Shown: piece after piece, positions 1 to 8,616 of the stretch
Layout of the letters: each line of letters starts with the position of its first letter
Position numbering within the stretch: position 1 is the stretch's first letter
IMG/VR virus record: IMGVR_UViG_3300040801_002731
Location: 6,972-70,971 of that record
Strand: one strand, 5' to 3'
DNA from: a virus
Length of the DNA: 64,000 nucleotides
Position numbers and translations under genes: made by a program
Notes under the pieces: model-generated
Seen by the model: only the letters and a program-made list of their open reading frames with translations
What the model was told of the DNA's origin: nothing
Databases searched by the model: none

Positions 1-259
1 GAACGGTTAGCCCTTTGAAACGCTTGGTTTTGGCCGCGATGTCACGCATCGCCTCGGCATCATTGCCGTTCTTGATGACACCAGGATCGCCCGACGCGCG
101 AAGGCGTCGGTCAAGGTCGACGATTCGGATCAAGACGCGAGACACCAGTCCTGGCTCCTGGCGGAACAACTCCTCGACCTGCTGTTTCGTCTCGGCAGAC
201 ATCACCTTGTCTCCGCGCCAGTTGTTGATGCTGTCAGTGTCACAGATCGCTATAGGCAT
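1..259 (-). CDS. Hypothetical phage protein, partial (runs off left edge)
   Basis: Open frame from ATG 259 (or ATG 202) to the window edge: MPIAICDTDSINNWRGDKVMSAETKQQVEELFRQEPGLVSRVLIRIVDL...; translated by hand, not in the ORF track. Confidence 0.5.
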   Translation of the reverse strand, partial: MPIAICDTDSINNWRGDKVMSAETKQQVEELFRQEPGLVSRVLIRIVDLDRRLRASGDPGVIKNGNDAEAMRDIAAKTKRFKGLTV

Positions 260-441
260 GTCGGCTGGGAAAGACGTTTGGCAAAACAGCTTGCGCAAAG
301 GCGCTCATAGAGCGTCACTGATGCGCAACCGGGGTCGTCGAGTATCACGACACATCTTGCTCAATGGCTCGCGCTCTGTGACGTTCTCAGAGCGTTTCCG
401 CGCATGTCTTTGTGCTGTTCTAAGCGCGAGTGCGCGAGCGC

Positions 442-472
442 AAAAAAGAAGGGCGCCCCGCGAAGGGCGCCC
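442..472 (-). terminator. Intrinsic terminator
   Basis: GGGCGCCC-CGCGAA-GGGCGCCC hairpin followed by TTCTTTTTT on the minus strand, downstream of 508-1350. Confidence 0.8.
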
Positions 473-507
473 TAAGACTAGGCAATGAGGGAGATGTCGG
501 TTTCGTC

Positions 508-1350
508 TCACGCGGCCGCGGCGAGACCCTCCTCGGTCGACGCGCCTCGGAGCGCGTCCAGCTTGGCCGCCAGGGTCGATTTGGCATTGAAAGCCAGAAC
601 ATTCCCGCTGCGCACGCCGATCTTGAGGTTGGCGAACAGGTTCATGATCTGACCGGCCTGGCTGCGGCTGGTGCCCAGAGAATAACGCTTGTTGAAGGCG
701 GCGACCAGTTCGGCCGTGCGCATTTCGCCCTTGTCGCGCAGAAGCTGGTAGGCTTCCCAGGTGTAGACGGAAGGCTTCTTCCCGGCCGCGATCGACGTCA
801 GCAGATTGTGGAACTTCTCCTCCACCTTCTTCTGGGTCGGGCGGGCTGCGAGCACCGCGGTCTTCAGAGCCGCAGCATTGGCGGCGTCATCGTCCTCTGT
901 CAGCACGAACATGGCGTCCGGCAGACTCTCGGCCGAGCGCGGAGCACGCGGCTCCTTCGGGGCCGAGGACCGCTTTGGCTTGGTCGGTGCGACTTTCGCG
1001 GCAGCCGGCTCGGTGACCTCGTAGGTCGACGTCTCCTCGTAGGCCGACGCCTTCGCCTCCTCGATCGCCACAGTCGTCACAGCGGCGGTCACGTCGTCCT
1101 CGCTGACATCCTCAGCGTCAAAGCCAACATCGAGCGCGTCGATCTCCAGACCATCGAGCGCAGAGAGAGCAGCCGCGGCATCGTCGGCCGACGGCTCCTC
1201 GATGGTCTCTTGCGCCTCGTCCTCGATCAGCTCCTCGATGGGAGCGTCTTCGAGAGCCTCGACTTCCATCTCCGCCAGCATGGTCTCAACGTCACCGGCA
1301 GCCGGGTCGATGAGGGCGCCGGCGTCAACAATAGCGGAAGAAGCGGTCAT
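508..1350 (-). CDS. Phage protein with highly acidic N-terminus and basic, winged-helix-like C-terminus
   Basis: AGGAGG RBS before ATG 1350 (MTASSAIV); D/E-rich first ~120 aa; C-terminal YSLGTSRSQAGQIMNLF segment. Confidence 0.75.
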   Translation of the reverse strand: MTASSAIVDAGALIDPAAGDVETMLAEMEVEALEDAPIEELIEDEAQETIEEPSADDAAAALSALDGLEIDALDVGFDAEDVSEDDVTAAVTTVAIEEAKASAYEETSTYEVTEPAAAKVAPTKPKRSSAPKEPRAPRSAESLPDAMFVLTEDDDAANAAALKTAVLAARPTQKKVEEKFHNLLTSIAAGKKPSVYTWEAYQLLRDKGEMRTAELVAAFNKRYSLGTSRSQAGQIMNLFANLKIGVRSGNVLAFNAKSTLAAKLDALRGASTEEGLAAAA

Positions 1351-1459
1351 GATCTTGTCCTCCTGTGCTTTGTGTCTCATCGCGTCTTGCGATGATTTGT
1401 TTATACGATGCACCGATTGGGCAGTCGGTTGGAAAGAACAGATCAGGCGTGGGTTAAGC

Positions 1460-1481
1460 AAAAGGGGCGCCGGGCGCCCCT
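1460..1481 (-). terminator. Intrinsic terminator
   Basis: AGGGGCGC-CGG-GCGCCCCT hairpin with a short T-run on the minus strand after 1499-1735. Confidence 0.6.
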
Positions 1482-1498
1482 GTGTTTGGGTTGGTGAC

Positions 1499-1735
1499 TT
1501 AGGCCACACTCGGCGGGCCGTCGAAGTCAAAGTGGGTAATCAACGCCCGTGAAACCATTCGCTCCTGACCATTCTCGATCACGCGGAGTTGCATCGGCTT
1601 GCTTGCGGCCTTGGTGGGCACGGCAGAGCGCAGCGGTTTGTGCGAGCAGGGCGCCGGGATGATGGCGGTGATACCGCCCACAGTCATCGCAGCAACCGGA
1701 CGGACACCGCCGTCATCGCAGTAAGGGCAGGTCAT
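1499..1735 (-). CDS. Small CxxC-containing hypothetical protein
   Basis: MTCPYCDDGG; ATGA overlap with the upstream gene. Confidence 0.65.
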   Translation of the reverse strand: MTCPYCDDGGVRPVAAMTVGGITAIIPAPCSHKPLRSAVPTKAASKPMQLRVIENGQERMVSRALITHFDFDGPPSVA

Positions 1736-2016
1736 TGGGCGGTCTCCTTCTCGGGCTTGGTGTCCCAGCCGGTGTGTCGCAGGCGACCGGCCATGCCGGC
1801 GCTAATCAGGACAACAAGGGTGACTGTGAAGATCAGCAGCGACCAAAGCAGTTCGAGAGCGGCTGTCAGCAGCGCCAGAAGGGGAGCGCCGACGATGCCG
1901 AACAGGCGTGTAGGCATCCAGTAGACCGCAGCAAGGCCGAGTGCGGCCGAGGCGCGCCAGCTTTTGTTTCGCGCCAGGGTTACGCGGGGCGGGTTCAAAA
2001 ACAGATTGTGCTTCAC
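1732..2016 (-). CDS. Small membrane protein
   Basis: Two hydrophobic segments; translationally coupled to the next gene. Confidence 0.6.
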   Translation of the reverse strand: MKHNLFLNPPRVTLARNKSWRASAALGLAAVYWMPTRLFGIVGAPLLALLTAALELLWSLLIFTVTLVVLISAGMAGRLRHTGWDTKPEKETAQ

Positions 2017-2051
2017 GCGGGGCGTATCCTTTCGCTGTCTGAAGGGGGTGG

Positions 2052-2624
2052 TTATGCAGCTTCGGCAGTCACGTCGGACGCGCCGGGCAATCTGAACCAG
2101 CCCCAGCGCACACCTTTGATGAACGCTTCCATCATCACACTGACGTCATAGGAGGCGGCGTGGGCGGCGGCCGGGTCGTAATCGACACCAACGGCCCAGC
2201 ACAGCTTCTCCAGGCTCGGCACGGCGCCGGTCGGGGTGGCCCAGCGGCCTTCCAGCATGGTGTCGAACCAGGGGAAGACGGGCGGAAAGCCGACCCGCTT
2301 GAACTCGCCGTTCACGAACGGCTTGTCGAAGCCTTCTGCGTTGTGCGCGACGATCAGCCCGGCCTTGCGAAACACGGCGTGCAGCTTTGGTGCCACGTCG
2401 TCCCACAGAGGCTTGCCGATCAGGTCGGCCGAGGTGATGCCGTGAACAGCCTGCGAGGCGGCCGTGATGGACCGTTGCGGGTCGATCCGCTGCACGAAGT
2501 TCAGCTTCCGCTCGCCATCCAGGGTCCAGAGCTGGGCGCAGACCTCGATGATCCGCTGATCGCCGGGGGTGCCATCCTTGTCGAGCAGCCCGGTCGTTTC
2601 GCAGTCAAAGCCACAGATCAGCAT
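2052..2624 (-). CDS. DEDDh 3'-5' exonuclease (DnaQ/epsilon-like)
   Basis: FDCETTG, HNAEGFD and HAASYD motifs; start moved to ATG 2624. Confidence 0.9.
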   Translation of the reverse strand: MLICGFDCETTGLLDKDGTPGDQRIIEVCAQLWTLDGERKLNFVQRIDPQRSITAASQAVHGITSADLIGKPLWDDVAPKLHAVFRKAGLIVAHNAEGFDKPFVNGEFKRVGFPPVFPWFDTMLEGRWATPTGAVPSLEKLCWAVGVDYDPAAAHAASYDVSVMMEAFIKGVRWGWFRLPGASDVTAEAA

Positions 2625-2860
2625 GGGCAGTCCTCCAGCGCTTCGTGGATCTCTCTGTCGATCTCGGTCATTTCCATCGTGATCAACTCGACCCGGCAGT
2701 TCATCGGCGCCCATCGGCCTTTATTGCGATGACAGGTGATCGCGCTCTTGGCGTGGGTCTTCTTCGTGTAGACCTTCGCGGACGCGAGCGGCCCCCACCC
2801 GGATCGGCGCGCCCAGAACTCGCCGGTTTCCGCATTCTGAATGATGTAGCCGAGTATCAT
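2618..2860 (-). CDS. Hypothetical protein
   Basis: GGGGA RBS before ATG 2860; overlaps the exonuclease start. Confidence 0.65.
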   Translation of the reverse strand: MILGYIIQNAETGEFWARRSGWGPLASAKVYTKKTHAKSAITCHRNKGRWAPMNCRVELITMEMTEIDREIHEALEDCPC

Positions 2861-2870
2861 GTCTTCCCCA

Positions 2871-2888
2871 TAAATCAATTTTGATTGA
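2871..2888. promoter_or_regulatory. 18-bp palindromic operator copy 1
   Basis: TAAATCA-ATTT-TGATTGA. Confidence 0.7.
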
Positions 2889-3231
2889 TCTGTTGTTTCA
2901 GTTCAAGGCGCAGTTGGTTAAGCAGGTCCAACGTCTCCCGCTCGATCAGGCCAGCCGTCGTATCCCACAGAGCGCCGACCGCGACGAACGCCTCAGCCGG
3001 CTTGACCTCACCCTGTTCCACCTTCCAGGCGAGATCCGCGAGAGTCTCGGAGAGCTTCCGCGTCAGCTCTGCGGTGTGCGAAGGCCAGTTGTCAGGCGCC
3101 CGGCTTCGTGCGTTTTCCGCCTCAAGTGCGCGGATGCGTTTCAGGGCGTCCGCGACAATCTGTTGGCCTGCCGTTCGGCTGTATGGGTCGCCGGCCAACC
3201 GCTCCAGCTTTCTTTCGAGATCGCCGCTCAC
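2875..3231 (-). CDS. Hypothetical protein
   Basis: GTG start overlapping the upstream stop; helical composition. Confidence 0.7.
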   Translation of the reverse strand: MSGDLERKLERLAGDPYSRTAGQQIVADALKRIRALEAENARSRAPDNWPSHTAELTRKLSETLADLAWKVEQGEVKPAEAFVAVGALWDTTAGLIERETLDLLNQLRLELKQQINQN

Positions 3232-4052
3232 CGTCCGTCTCCCAACACCTCACCGCATTCCTGGGCGATCAGCTTGTTACACCGCTCGACCAGATCGGCG
3301 CGCTTCATGCGCAGGTGGACGTTGCCGTTCTTGAACCACTTGACGTGTAAGTATTCCGTTTCGCAGGTGCCGCCCAGCATGACCATGTTTTCGCGGCGCG
3401 CTCGAACCGCATCGCCGATCTGGGCTGTTGCGTTGCCGCGCCGATCAGGAACAGCCTTGCCGTCCAGAACGTGCATGATTCGGTCGAGATCGCTGATCCG
3501 GTCGTCGATCCGGCCGTATCCTGTCCAGTTGCCCCACTCGTTCAGCGCGCCTTTCAGGACGATCTTGTCGTCGATCTTGAAGGCGTCATTGGAGCGGTAG
3601 CGGCGGTCCAGGCTACGGAACGTCTCGACCAGGCCGCGACGGAAGATTGCGTCGGCATTGCCGGCCAGATCCTCGAACGTGGCGATCACGTTATCGACGG
3701 ACACCTCGGGCGGGTCTTTTTCCAGGCGTCGGTCGAACTCCTCAACCGCCTTCGTATCCATGAGAGACCGCAGCCCGGTCGCATCGCGCAGATGTCGCCA
3801 GACATCCGCGTCGATCTCGCGCCGGATCATCTTCATCGCCTCGGCCACGTTGCCGTTGTAGGCGACAGCCCACATGACGTTGGTGTTGGAGGTCAGCGAG
3901 GACAGGCTGTGCTTCTGCTGGGACGCGGCTCGGTAAGCCTTGATGCCCTCGAAAATCAGCCCCAGGCCGCGCTCGATGGTCTCAAGCGCCCGGTCGCGGT
4001 GTCCGACCAGCTCCTCGACGCTGGCCTTTCGGATGAGATTGGTCGATGTCAT
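3228..4052 (-). CDS. DUF4942-family protein (stand-alone)
   Basis: DNVIATFEDL...IFRRGLVETFRSL...SNDAFKI...DLDRIMHVLDGK...FKNGNVHL pattern. Confidence 0.8.
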   Translation of the reverse strand: MTSTNLIRKASVEELVGHRDRALETIERGLGLIFEGIKAYRAASQQKHSLSSLTSNTNVMWAVAYNGNVAEAMKMIRREIDADVWRHLRDATGLRSLMDTKAVEEFDRRLEKDPPEVSVDNVIATFEDLAGNADAIFRRGLVETFRSLDRRYRSNDAFKIDDKIVLKGALNEWGNWTGYGRIDDRISDLDRIMHVLDGKAVPDRRGNATAQIGDAVRARRENMVMLGGTCETEYLHVKWFKNGNVHLRMKRADLVERCNKLIAQECGEVLGDGR

Positions 4053-4124
4053 TGCGTGCATCCTCGTTCGCGTTTTCGCTAAGTCTTACAGTAGCGAAAG
4101 CGCGATGGCGTTCCGGTTGGGCTT

Positions 4125-4760
4125 TCAGGCGGCAGAGCGCTTTCCGCGCTGTTCCCGGATCGGCCACAGCTCGTTGAAGCGGGTCATGAAGTGATGCTCG
4201 GCCTCGACTGGCGCCCAGCAGAACAGGGCGGCCTCCCGCCAGACCTTCTGCGCGTCGTGCAGGGTGCCGTGTTGGATCTTGCCGAACAACAGGTCCAGCT
4301 CCGCACCGGCCAGCATTTCATCGGCGCTCTTGACGCTGTGGGGCCAGGGGTATGTCAGGTGAAACCGCTCGGCGATTGCACGCTCGTTGGCCTCCTCGAT
4401 GACCCTATAGCCCTCGCTGAACTGTCGGGCCGCGGCGATCATCGGATACTCGGCATGTTCCGGGTTTTGCTTGATCAGACAGGGGACGTGTTTGATCGGC
4501 CGGATGATGTCGCCCAGGTAAGCCTCCGCAGCGTCGTGGAGAAGGCGCTCAAGCGCCTCCTCCTCCGGTCCCAGATACGAACAAAGGACACAATGCTCGG
4601 CGACGGAGTAGAACCGTCCGCCCTTGACCATGCCGTTGAAGCGGCACTGGTAAGCCAGTGCCTGGGCGATATCCTCAATGCGCACGTCCTCGGCGCGCGG
4701 ATCGAGCGGGTAATAGGGCAGCGTCGACGCCGTGTGCATGAAGTGTCCGATGCGCGCCAT
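4125..4760 (-). CDS. HD-domain phosphohydrolase (YfbR/YfdR-like 5'-deoxynucleotidase)
   Basis: IEDIAQALAYQCRFNG, YSVAEH, LLHDAAEAYLGD; AGGAG RBS before ATG 4760. Confidence 0.85.
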   Translation of the reverse strand: MARIGHFMHTASTLPYYPLDPRAEDVRIEDIAQALAYQCRFNGMVKGGRFYSVAEHCVLCSYLGPEEEALERLLHDAAEAYLGDIIRPIKHVPCLIKQNPEHAEYPMIAAARQFSEGYRVIEEANERAIAERFHLTYPWPHSVKSADEMLAGAELDLLFGKIQHGTLHDAQKVWREAALFCWAPVEAEHHFMTRFNELWPIREQRGKRSAA

Positions 4761-4771
4761 TGCCGTTCTCC

Positions 4772-5680
4772 CTATGCAGCTTCGGAAACCGCAGCAGCCG
4801 TGCTCTCGTCGTGGCCCGGCACCTTCGCCATCTCGCACGCGGCGCTCGTGATGCCACGCCGGCCCATGTTGTTGCACAGAATAGCCCGGTCCTCGTTGCT
4901 CAGAGCCACGAGAGCGTTGTTTCCGTTGCCGACTGCCCCGAACAGATCGGTCTCAATGGCCCGCGCCTCCGGCCACACCGTGAGGACGTCGCCATAGGTC
5001 TCGGCGGCAAGGATCACACGAGCGATTGCTTGGACGAGCGCGCCTTCTGCCTGCATCAAGGCATCGCCAGAACGGTAGAACGCTTCGACTGCGGGACCGG
5101 CGCCGTCGAGCCAGACCGGCGCTGAATCGGAGTTCTCGCTCAGGACCATAAAGCGCGCCGACACATCACTATCAGCGTTCCAACGGTTGACGACGCCGCT
5201 CTTGAAACGCGGAACCTCTCGCGGCTTCGAGAAGTGCATGAAACGGAAGTCACGATGTGACCGCCACCAACCCATCAAAGCCCCAACGCCGTTCTTGCTG
5301 ATTTGCTGGATCGCCGAGGAATTGTCCACAGCGGGTGGTGTCGGATTGATCGGAACAAAAGCGAGCGTTTTGGTCTTCTCACGTTCAACCACATCGCCGT
5401 TCGGCTTGGTGAACGTCTTCGTGCCATCTTTGACTTGGAGCGTCAGGCCCAAAAACACGCCGTCAATGTGCGTGGTCAATTTGTGCCGGCGCAGCACCTT
5501 CATTTCGCTCGCGGGAATGCTGTCAATGGTCGTCTCAATGTGCTGGATCATCGCCTGACCAGCCTCGACGTGCGCAGCGCGCAGATCGGGCTCAACGAAT
5601 GTCTCAAGAGCAAAACGTGTCATCATCAGGCGATGCCGGGTGTTCAGCTTGCGCTTCTCCAGCTTGGTCGGCTTGGTCAT
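4772..5680 (-). CDS. Hypothetical protein with Nmad5-like C-terminus
   Basis: GGAGGAGAG RBS before ATG 5680; C-terminal ETYGDVLTVWPEA...ALVAL resembles the Nmad5 family. Confidence 0.55.
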   Translation of the reverse strand: MTKPTKLEKRKLNTRHRLMMTRFALETFVEPDLRAAHVEAGQAMIQHIETTIDSIPASEMKVLRRHKLTTHIDGVFLGLTLQVKDGTKTFTKPNGDVVEREKTKTLAFVPINPTPPAVDNSSAIQQISKNGVGALMGWWRSHRDFRFMHFSKPREVPRFKSGVVNRWNADSDVSARFMVLSENSDSAPVWLDGAGPAVEAFYRSGDALMQAEGALVQAIARVILAAETYGDVLTVWPEARAIETDLFGAVGNGNNALVALSNEDRAILCNNMGRRGITSAACEMAKVPGHDESTAAAVSEAA

Positions 5681-5752
5681 GACTCTCCTCCGCTTGTGAC
5701 TGCAAAGAAAATGCGTCGTCGCATGTTCTGTATAGCGACGACGCATTGGGCA

Positions 5753-5770
5753 TACATCAGGATTGATTGA
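5753..5770. promoter_or_regulatory. Operator copy 2
   Basis: TACATCA-GGAT-TGATTGA, 16 nt from the GCTATA box at 5731-5736. Confidence 0.7.
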
Positions 5771-5775
5771 TCTTG

Positions 5776-6381
5776 TCAGTGAACCCGAAGCTGCCGACGG
5801 ATTTCGGCCATCTCCTTCAGCCGCGCCTGGATCACCTCCTCAATGGCGCCGATCCGCTGCTCCAAATCGTGAGTGCGCAGCAGCGTCAGCGACACGTCGG
5901 GCACCTGTGCTGCCAACCCCGTCACCAGAGCGTGAATGTGCCACTGGTAGCCCTTGTTCATCGGAGGCTTGCCCGGCTCGATGGCGTAGAAGGGCAGGGG
6001 AGGAACGACGATCAGGTGGGAGAAATGCTCTCGCGTGAGCCGAAAGCAGCGCGCCAACAGTGCCTCGATCCGCTCTGAATGATCCTCGCTGTGCATCCCC
6101 ATTTCGCCCAGCAGGTAGGCTGCAATGTCGATAGGTGTCCGATCCGTGATGAACGGGCGTGGCGTGTTGGCAAGCACCCGCTGCTCGTAGAGGCTCAGAT
6201 ACATCTCCTGGACCAGAATGCGCTGCGCCGGGGACATGGGCGCGACCGGATCAACGCCGCTCGCCAACAGCGCCTCGCGCACGGAGCTGTTGACATAGGG
6301 CACACCGATCCCCTCGGCGACCAGCTTGGCGAGCGTGGTCTTCCCGGAGCGATGCGCGCCGCACAGACCGAACGACATCAT
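5776..6381 (-). CDS. P-loop nucleotide kinase (AAA_28/dNMP-kinase-like)
   Basis: GAHRSGKTT Walker A and FITDRTPID. Confidence 0.8.
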   Translation of the reverse strand: MMSFGLCGAHRSGKTTLAKLVAEGIGVPYVNSSVREALLASGVDPVAPMSPAQRILVQEMYLSLYEQRVLANTPRPFITDRTPIDIAAYLLGEMGMHSEDHSERIEALLARCFRLTREHFSHLIVVPPLPFYAIEPGKPPMNKGYQWHIHALVTGLAAQVPDVSLTLLRTHDLEQRIGAIEEVIQARLKEMAEIRRQLRVH

Positions 6382-6827
6382 GCCACTCCCGTCGAGCCGA
6401 AGCCGCCGGCGCCGCGATCGCTCTCGTCCAGATTCTCGACCACGGTCACGACCGGCCGGCTGATCTTCTCGATGATGAGCTGGGCGATCCGATCGCCGTG
6501 CTTGACCATCACCGGGTTCTCGATGTCGGTGTTCAGCAGGATCACGCCGATTTCTCCGCGATAGTCCTCGTCGATGACGCCCGCGAGAACGTCCACGCCC
6601 TGCTTAAGCGCCAGACCCGAGCGCGGCGCGATCCGACCGTAGTGACCGGGCGGGATGGCGACAGCGATGCCGGTCTTGATGAGGGCGCGTTCGCCCGGCT
6701 CGATACGCGCTGCCACGGCCGGGCCGTCGAAACAGGCCCGCAGGTCCATGCCGGCTGCGTGCGCAGAGCCATAGGAGGGCGCTTCGGCGTTGTCGCTCAA
6801 GAGCTTGATCTTCAGGGTGTCAGTCAT
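6378..6827 (-). CDS. dut: Trimeric dUTPase
   Basis: AGMDL, RSGLA, GVIDEDYRGE and RGAGGFGSTG motifs. Confidence 0.97.
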   Translation of the reverse strand: MTDTLKIKLLSDNAEAPSYGSAHAAGMDLRACFDGPAVAARIEPGERALIKTGIAVAIPPGHYGRIAPRSGLALKQGVDVLAGVIDEDYRGEIGVILLNTDIENPVMVKHGDRIAQLIIEKISRPVVTVVENLDESDRGAGGFGSTGVA

Positions 6828-6835
6828 GGTCATTC

Positions 6836-7039
6836 CTACCAGATGCGCTTGTTTTTGTGGTGATTTGCCAGTGCAAACAGTCCCATACAAAAAAGAATAG
6901 GACCGCAGACACTTCCAAAGAAAATGATCGGCGCAAGATCGCCGACAGTGACCCGCCCGTCCAAATACCTGGAGCACAGGAAGCCGCCAAAGATACCGAT
7001 CAGAACCCAGACGATTACGACGATTGCCTCTTCCGACAT
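6836..7039 (-). CDS. Small membrane protein
   Basis: Two hydrophobic helices; packed between thyX and dut. Confidence 0.65.
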   Translation of the reverse strand: MSEEAIVVIVWVLIGIFGGFLCSRYLDGRVTVGDLAPIIFFGSVCGPILFCMGLFALANHHKNKRIW

Positions 7040-7040
7040 A

Positions 7041-7988
7041 TTACACCTTCACATACTCGTTCTTGACGCTCTCGAAGCCGTCTTCGTCGATGAAGATGGT
7101 CGTGTCGGCGAAGCTGATCGGCGCAACCACCTTCAGCTCGCGGGCCAGGGCCACAGCCAGGCGCCGGATCTCCAGATCGGCGTGGATGTTGCCGCGCTGC
7201 TCGATGATGTTGCGCGCCGCCCGCAGGTTCATGGTCCAGACCAGACGGGTCTCGGTCGCGTTGGGCAGCATGGCCCGCGCCGCCTCGTTGGCCCGCTTCT
7301 TCGCCATCGTCGCGCTGCTCTGGGCACCCTGGCTCCAGCCCTTCATGCGCCCCTGCCACTTGTTGTAGACCTCGATCTGCCGGACAAAATCGTCACGGAA
7401 CTCAGTGATCAGGTCGTGGGCGAGCAGCTTCTCGAAGTTGGTGCAGCTTTCCTGGCCCTTCGCAAAGGACAGCAGCAGGGGCGGCACGACAGCGCGGGTG
7501 GCCCGGTAGCCGACGATCTCGATCTCGCCGCCCTCGGCCGTCACATACCGCTGGCTCTCCTGAGAGGGGTTGGTGCCGACGTGATGACGGATCAACTCGT
7601 GGGTCAGGGCGCGGGAAACCCCGGTGATGATGAAGCTGACGTTGGTGTGCGCCAGGACGGAGCCGTGCCGCTCACGGATCACATTGGCGATGTAGTCCTC
7701 GGTCGAGCGGCCCTTGCCCCAGGCCCGGTAGCAGAACCGGCCGGCGAACTCGCCCAGAAGATCGGCATCCTGGTAGTAATTGGCCGGATCGTCATCGCAC
7801 AGATCGGGATCGTAGGTCTCCGGCTTCACCATACCCTCGACCTGACCGACGAAGCGCCCGATCGGCGTGTTCTCGTCCGCAGCCAGATCCAGCAGACCAT
7901 GATCCTCGATGAACGCCATGAGCGTCGGGTAGTCAATCACAGGCGCTGCGATCGGCTTCGCCCAGGGCTCAAAAACAAGATCAACCAT
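7041..7988 (-). CDS. thyX: Flavin-dependent thymidylate synthase
   Basis: HGSVLAH, SRALTHELIRHH...SQESQRY, EAARAMLPNATET, RGNIHADLEIR. Confidence 0.95.
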   Translation of the reverse strand: MVDLVFEPWAKPIAAPVIDYPTLMAFIEDHGLLDLAADENTPIGRFVGQVEGMVKPETYDPDLCDDDPANYYQDADLLGEFAGRFCYRAWGKGRSTEDYIANVIRERHGSVLAHTNVSFIITGVSRALTHELIRHHVGTNPSQESQRYVTAEGGEIEIVGYRATRAVVPPLLLSFAKGQESCTNFEKLLAHDLITEFRDDFVRQIEVYNKWQGRMKGWSQGAQSSATMAKKRANEAARAMLPNATETRLVWTMNLRAARNIIEQRGNIHADLEIRRLAVALARELKVVAPISFADTTIFIDEDGFESVKNEYVKV

Positions 7989-7994
7989 TCTTGA

Positions 7995-8555
7995 TTACTC
8001 CGGTCGTGCGAGAGGGAGATAAGTCGTCGGGCCGGTGCGTCCGCGTTCCCAGACGTGCCAGGCCACTTCCATCGTGGGGCGCCCCTTGCCGAGAAAGTCT
8101 GGGCGCCAAGTGAGCGGGTAGACGGCCTTCGGCTGCCACACGCGCCAGAGTTTCCGGCGCGATGCGGCGTGCCAATAGGTCGACTTCAAGACAAGACAGA
8201 GTTTTTTGCACTCCAACTCGTGCGCCTTCAAAATGAAGGCTTCTGCGAGATTGAAAGGCGGATTGGTGACAATGCTGACGTTCGCAGGAAGACGCCCTTT
8301 AAAAGCCAGAAAGTCTCGTTTCGGGGCCTCAGACATTGCGCCACGCGGGTTGATATCTGAGGCGAGCGTTTTGAAGCCTTTCTCCTGAAACACTCGGATC
8401 ATGGCGCCATCGCCACAGGCCGGGTCGTAGATCGCGCCATCAAAACGCTCGACCGAGAACAAAGCCTGGGTGACGGCTTCTGGCGTCGGATAGAAATCGT
8501 CTTCCTGTCGACCCTCTGCGGGGTTCCCGCCCGCCATTGCAGCGCCCAGGCCCAT
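7995..8555 (-). CDS. Small DNA N6-adenine/N4-cytosine methyltransferase
   Basis: DFYPTP, DPACGDG (SAM-binding) and TNPPF (catalytic). Confidence 0.85.
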   Translation of the reverse strand: MGLGAAMAGGNPAEGRQEDDFYPTPEAVTQALFSVERFDGAIYDPACGDGAMIRVFQEKGFKTLASDINPRGAMSEAPKRDFLAFKGRLPANVSIVTNPPFNLAEAFILKAHELECKKLCLVLKSTYWHAASRRKLWRVWQPKAVYPLTWRPDFLGKGRPTMEVAWHVWERGRTGPTTYLPLARPE

Positions 8556-8579
8556 AGATTTTCTCCTCGCCGCAAATGT

Positions 8580-8597
8580 TCACTCAATTTTGACTGA
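8580..8597. promoter_or_regulatory. Operator copy 3
   Basis: TCACTCA-ATTT-TGACTGA upstream of the methyltransferase. Confidence 0.75.
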
Positions 8598-8616
8598 ACA
8601 TTTGCGGCTTTACAAG

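Noticed and set aside
4125-4760. HD hydrolase as DatZ of a 2-aminoadenine (Z-genome) system
   Set aside because: No PurZ-like adenylosuccinate synthetase or MazZ is in the window, and an adenine/cytosine MTase and a conventional DnaE are present.
7500-7620. ThyX signature variant RHH-x8-S instead of RHR-x7-S
   Set aside because: The surrounding catalytic motifs are intact and the change is within plausible phage ThyX variation, so it is not evidence of a new activity.
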